From Octopus sinensis (lineage: Eukaryota): DNA of 11,035 nucleotides. The notes below the pieces were generated by a model. The model saw only the letters and a list, made by a program, of their open reading frames with translations, had not been told where the DNA came from and searched no databases. A program made the position numbers and the translations under genes. Below are positions 9,191 to 11,035 of the stretch, in pieces (within the stretch, counting starts at the first letter, position 1; every line of letters begins with the position of its first letter). The stretch spans positions 1-11,035 of the forward strand of contig NW_021827110.1 of NCBI RefSeq assembly GCF_006345805.1, written 5' to 3'.

Positions 9191-9427
9191 GTAAATGATA
9201 GTTGAATAATTAAATTGATAATTATGGAAGTTTTAAGCCAGATTTTTATTACTAATTTGATAAAAACTACCCCTCATTTTATACGATTTCGATTTGCATG
9301 TTGACGAACGGAACCAGTCAGCCGCGTAAATCGGGAAACAACAGTATGTGATAAAACGACTGGACGGTGACGGTTGGTATGGAACACTTTTGACCACAGG
9401 AGAACTCAATTAAAGTCCACCTAATAT

Positions 9428-9752
9428 AGAATATTGTATACAAACGGTATACAATATTCTTAAAAGAAACTAAGTATACGTGGTATGCACCAGTATTAAA
9501 ATGTTGAGTGGTAGCCATGTGACACTCTTGATACAAGAACACCTATATCGAGGAAATCTCCCATCCAAGATATTCTTAAACTCCATGTGCAAGTGCCCTC
9601 TCCGGTTTCTCTCCGCCGACTCACAGGCCTTTACTAAGAGCGGGGCCATCCACTCTTGCCATTTTCAGCACTTTCACCCACATTTCAATTAATTCACTTG
9701 GGGACAGCTCCTTTCTTTCTACTTTCACTTTCCTTTTCAAGCGTCCTTGAAG
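9428..9752 (-). mobile_element. Fragment of L1/Tx1-like LINE 3' region (ORF2 end plus partial 3' UTR), inverted copy
   Basis: Reverse complement of ~10193-10515. The minus strand translates RLKRKVKVERKELSPSELIEMWVKVLKMARVDGPALSKGL*. It lacks the poly(A) signal and tail. The duplication is certain; the clade is inferred. Confidence 0.7.
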
Positions 9753-9828
9753 TAACAGTTATAATACTGGGATCAATTCAAATACAAATGTTCACTCTTC
9801 CACCACAAAATTTGTAAACACTTTACCA

Positions 9829-10015
9829 AAGTTAGCAGAAACCATAGAAAATCAGACAGGACTGTTATATATAAATAATTATGACTGCTTACGTTTCGAG
9901 TTCAAATGGCGATAAGATTACTTAGTTTTCATATCCGTCTACTTTGACTAAAATAAAGAACGAATCGAGTGCCGGTTACTATCTGACGACTGTCCTCCTC
10001 CCACTACAAAATATG
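9829..10015 (+). mobile_element. Highly decayed copy of the Meta-like SINE
   Basis: AAGTTAGCAGAAACCATAG (A box-like) and TTACGTTTCGAGTTCAAAT (9889-9907) match GAGCTGGTAGAAACGTTAG and TTACGTTCTGAGTTCAAAT of the 8578-8803 SINE at similar spacing. The rest aligns only weakly. Confidence 0.55.
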
Positions 10016-10024
10016 CAACCTCAT

Positions 10025-10596
10025 ACCATGTCAAATAACTGCTCTAACGTGTGCGACAGATCAGGTCCCGCCGCCATTCTTTAACCAAGCCCCCTGACTA
10101 CGTTGAAAGAAGTTGTGTTGCGTACGAGGCTGAAAGTTATAAAGACAGAGAAGACAGAAATATTCCTCTTTGGTAGGAGACCAAATCGACATTTTCAAGT
10201 TTCGCTTGAAAGAGAAATTAGAAAGGAAAGAACTGTCCCCAAGTGAATTAATTGAAATGTGGGTGAAAGTGCTGTAAATGGCAAAAGCGGATGACCCCGT
10301 TCTTCGTAAAGGCCTGTGAGTCGGCGGAGAGAAACTGGAGAGGGCACTTGCATATGGAGTTTAAGAATATCTTGGATGGTAGATTTCCTCGATTAACCCT
10401 AGATGTTCTTGCATCAAGAGTGTCACATGACTAACACAACATTTTAATACTGGTGTATACCACATATACTTAGCTTCTCTTAAGAATATTTTATACCATG
10501 TGTATATATATTGTTTTCTTTTCATTCCGTTCTATGTAAATTCTCACACTTTATGCCTGCCTCTATCTTTCGCCCTGGTGGCAAATAAAATAAACT
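10025..10596 (+). mobile_element. 5'-truncated L1/Tx1-like LINE 3' end with 3' UTR, poly(A) signal and simple-repeat tail
   Basis: Decayed coding remnants VPPPFFNQ, LKEVVLRTRLK and IDIFKFRLKEKLERKELSPSELIEMWVKVL*MAKADDPVLRKGL*, then a T-rich UTR, AATAAA (10584-10589) and an (ATC)n(ATT)n tail. Tx1 affinity is from recalled ORF2 C-termini. The 5' boundary is approximate. Confidence 0.65.
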
Positions 10597-10609
10597 ATCA
10601 TCATCATCA

Positions 10610-10684
<75 letters not shown>

Positions 10685-10735
10685 TTATTTATAGTAGTAG
10701 TAGTAGTAGTAGTTAGCAGTTGCTGTTGTTGTGGT
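10597..10735. repeat. (ATC)n-(ATT)n-(AGT)n-(GTT)n compound microsatellite (LINE tail)
   Basis: Directly visible. Confidence 0.95.
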
Positions 10736-10950
10736 GGTTCAAAAGAACGAGGAACTGTAGTGAAATCATAGACACAATGAAAGGATGAAGATGTGTCCTC
10801 TATCTTATAGGAATGAAGGAACATCTAGCACAACAACAACAACAACAAACAGAAAGAACTCACGAATAGCGATTAAGTGGCTAAGAATAATATATTGCTA
10901 AGTGGAAAGAAGATACACATATTGTTGTGTAAAAGATACCTAACAGATTT

Positions 10951-11018
10951 TCTCTCTCTCTCTCTCTCTTGTTCTCTCTCTCCCCTCTCCCCGTCCCCTG
11001 CTTCCCTCCCTCCCTCTT
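10951..11018. repeat. (CT)n and C-rich pyrimidine tract
   Basis: Directly visible. Confidence 0.9.
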
Positions 11019-11035
11019 ATCTATATGTGTACTTA

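Noticed and set aside
9428-10515. Foldback or MITE transposon with long TIRs
   Set aside because: The arms carry LINE-like coding remnants, the right copy extends both ways into more LINE sequence and a tail, and no TSD is evident.
1-11035. CRISPR array or prokaryotic defence system
   Set aside because: No repeat-spacer structure or operon-like genes; the content is metazoan repeat DNA.

Overview
AT-rich eukaryotic non-coding DNA (intron or intergenic) made almost entirely of transposable-element relics and compound microsatellites. The repeat landscape resembles a coleoid cephalopod such as Octopus; this is pattern recognition, not a search result. No host gene is supported. In order, the window holds: a putative Helentron/HINE-like 3' end; a tRNA-derived CORE-like SINE (+); a full-length but dead mariner (DD34D, TIRs, TA duplication) nested in a second, minus-strand SINE; a 5'-truncated, nearly intact R4/Dong-like restriction-endonuclease LINE inside a (TAA)n array, followed by a ~510-bp non-coding element also bounded by TAA; long GAT/CAT arrays that switch orientation; a Meta-like tRNA SINE (-); and two inverted copies of the 3' end of an L1/Tx1-like LINE. 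The best leads are the SINE and LINE sharing a 3' tail (a candidate partner pair), two different elements stacked in one TAA target, and a ~320-bp inverted repeat able to form long dsRNA. Nearly all listed ORFs are microsatellite artefacts.
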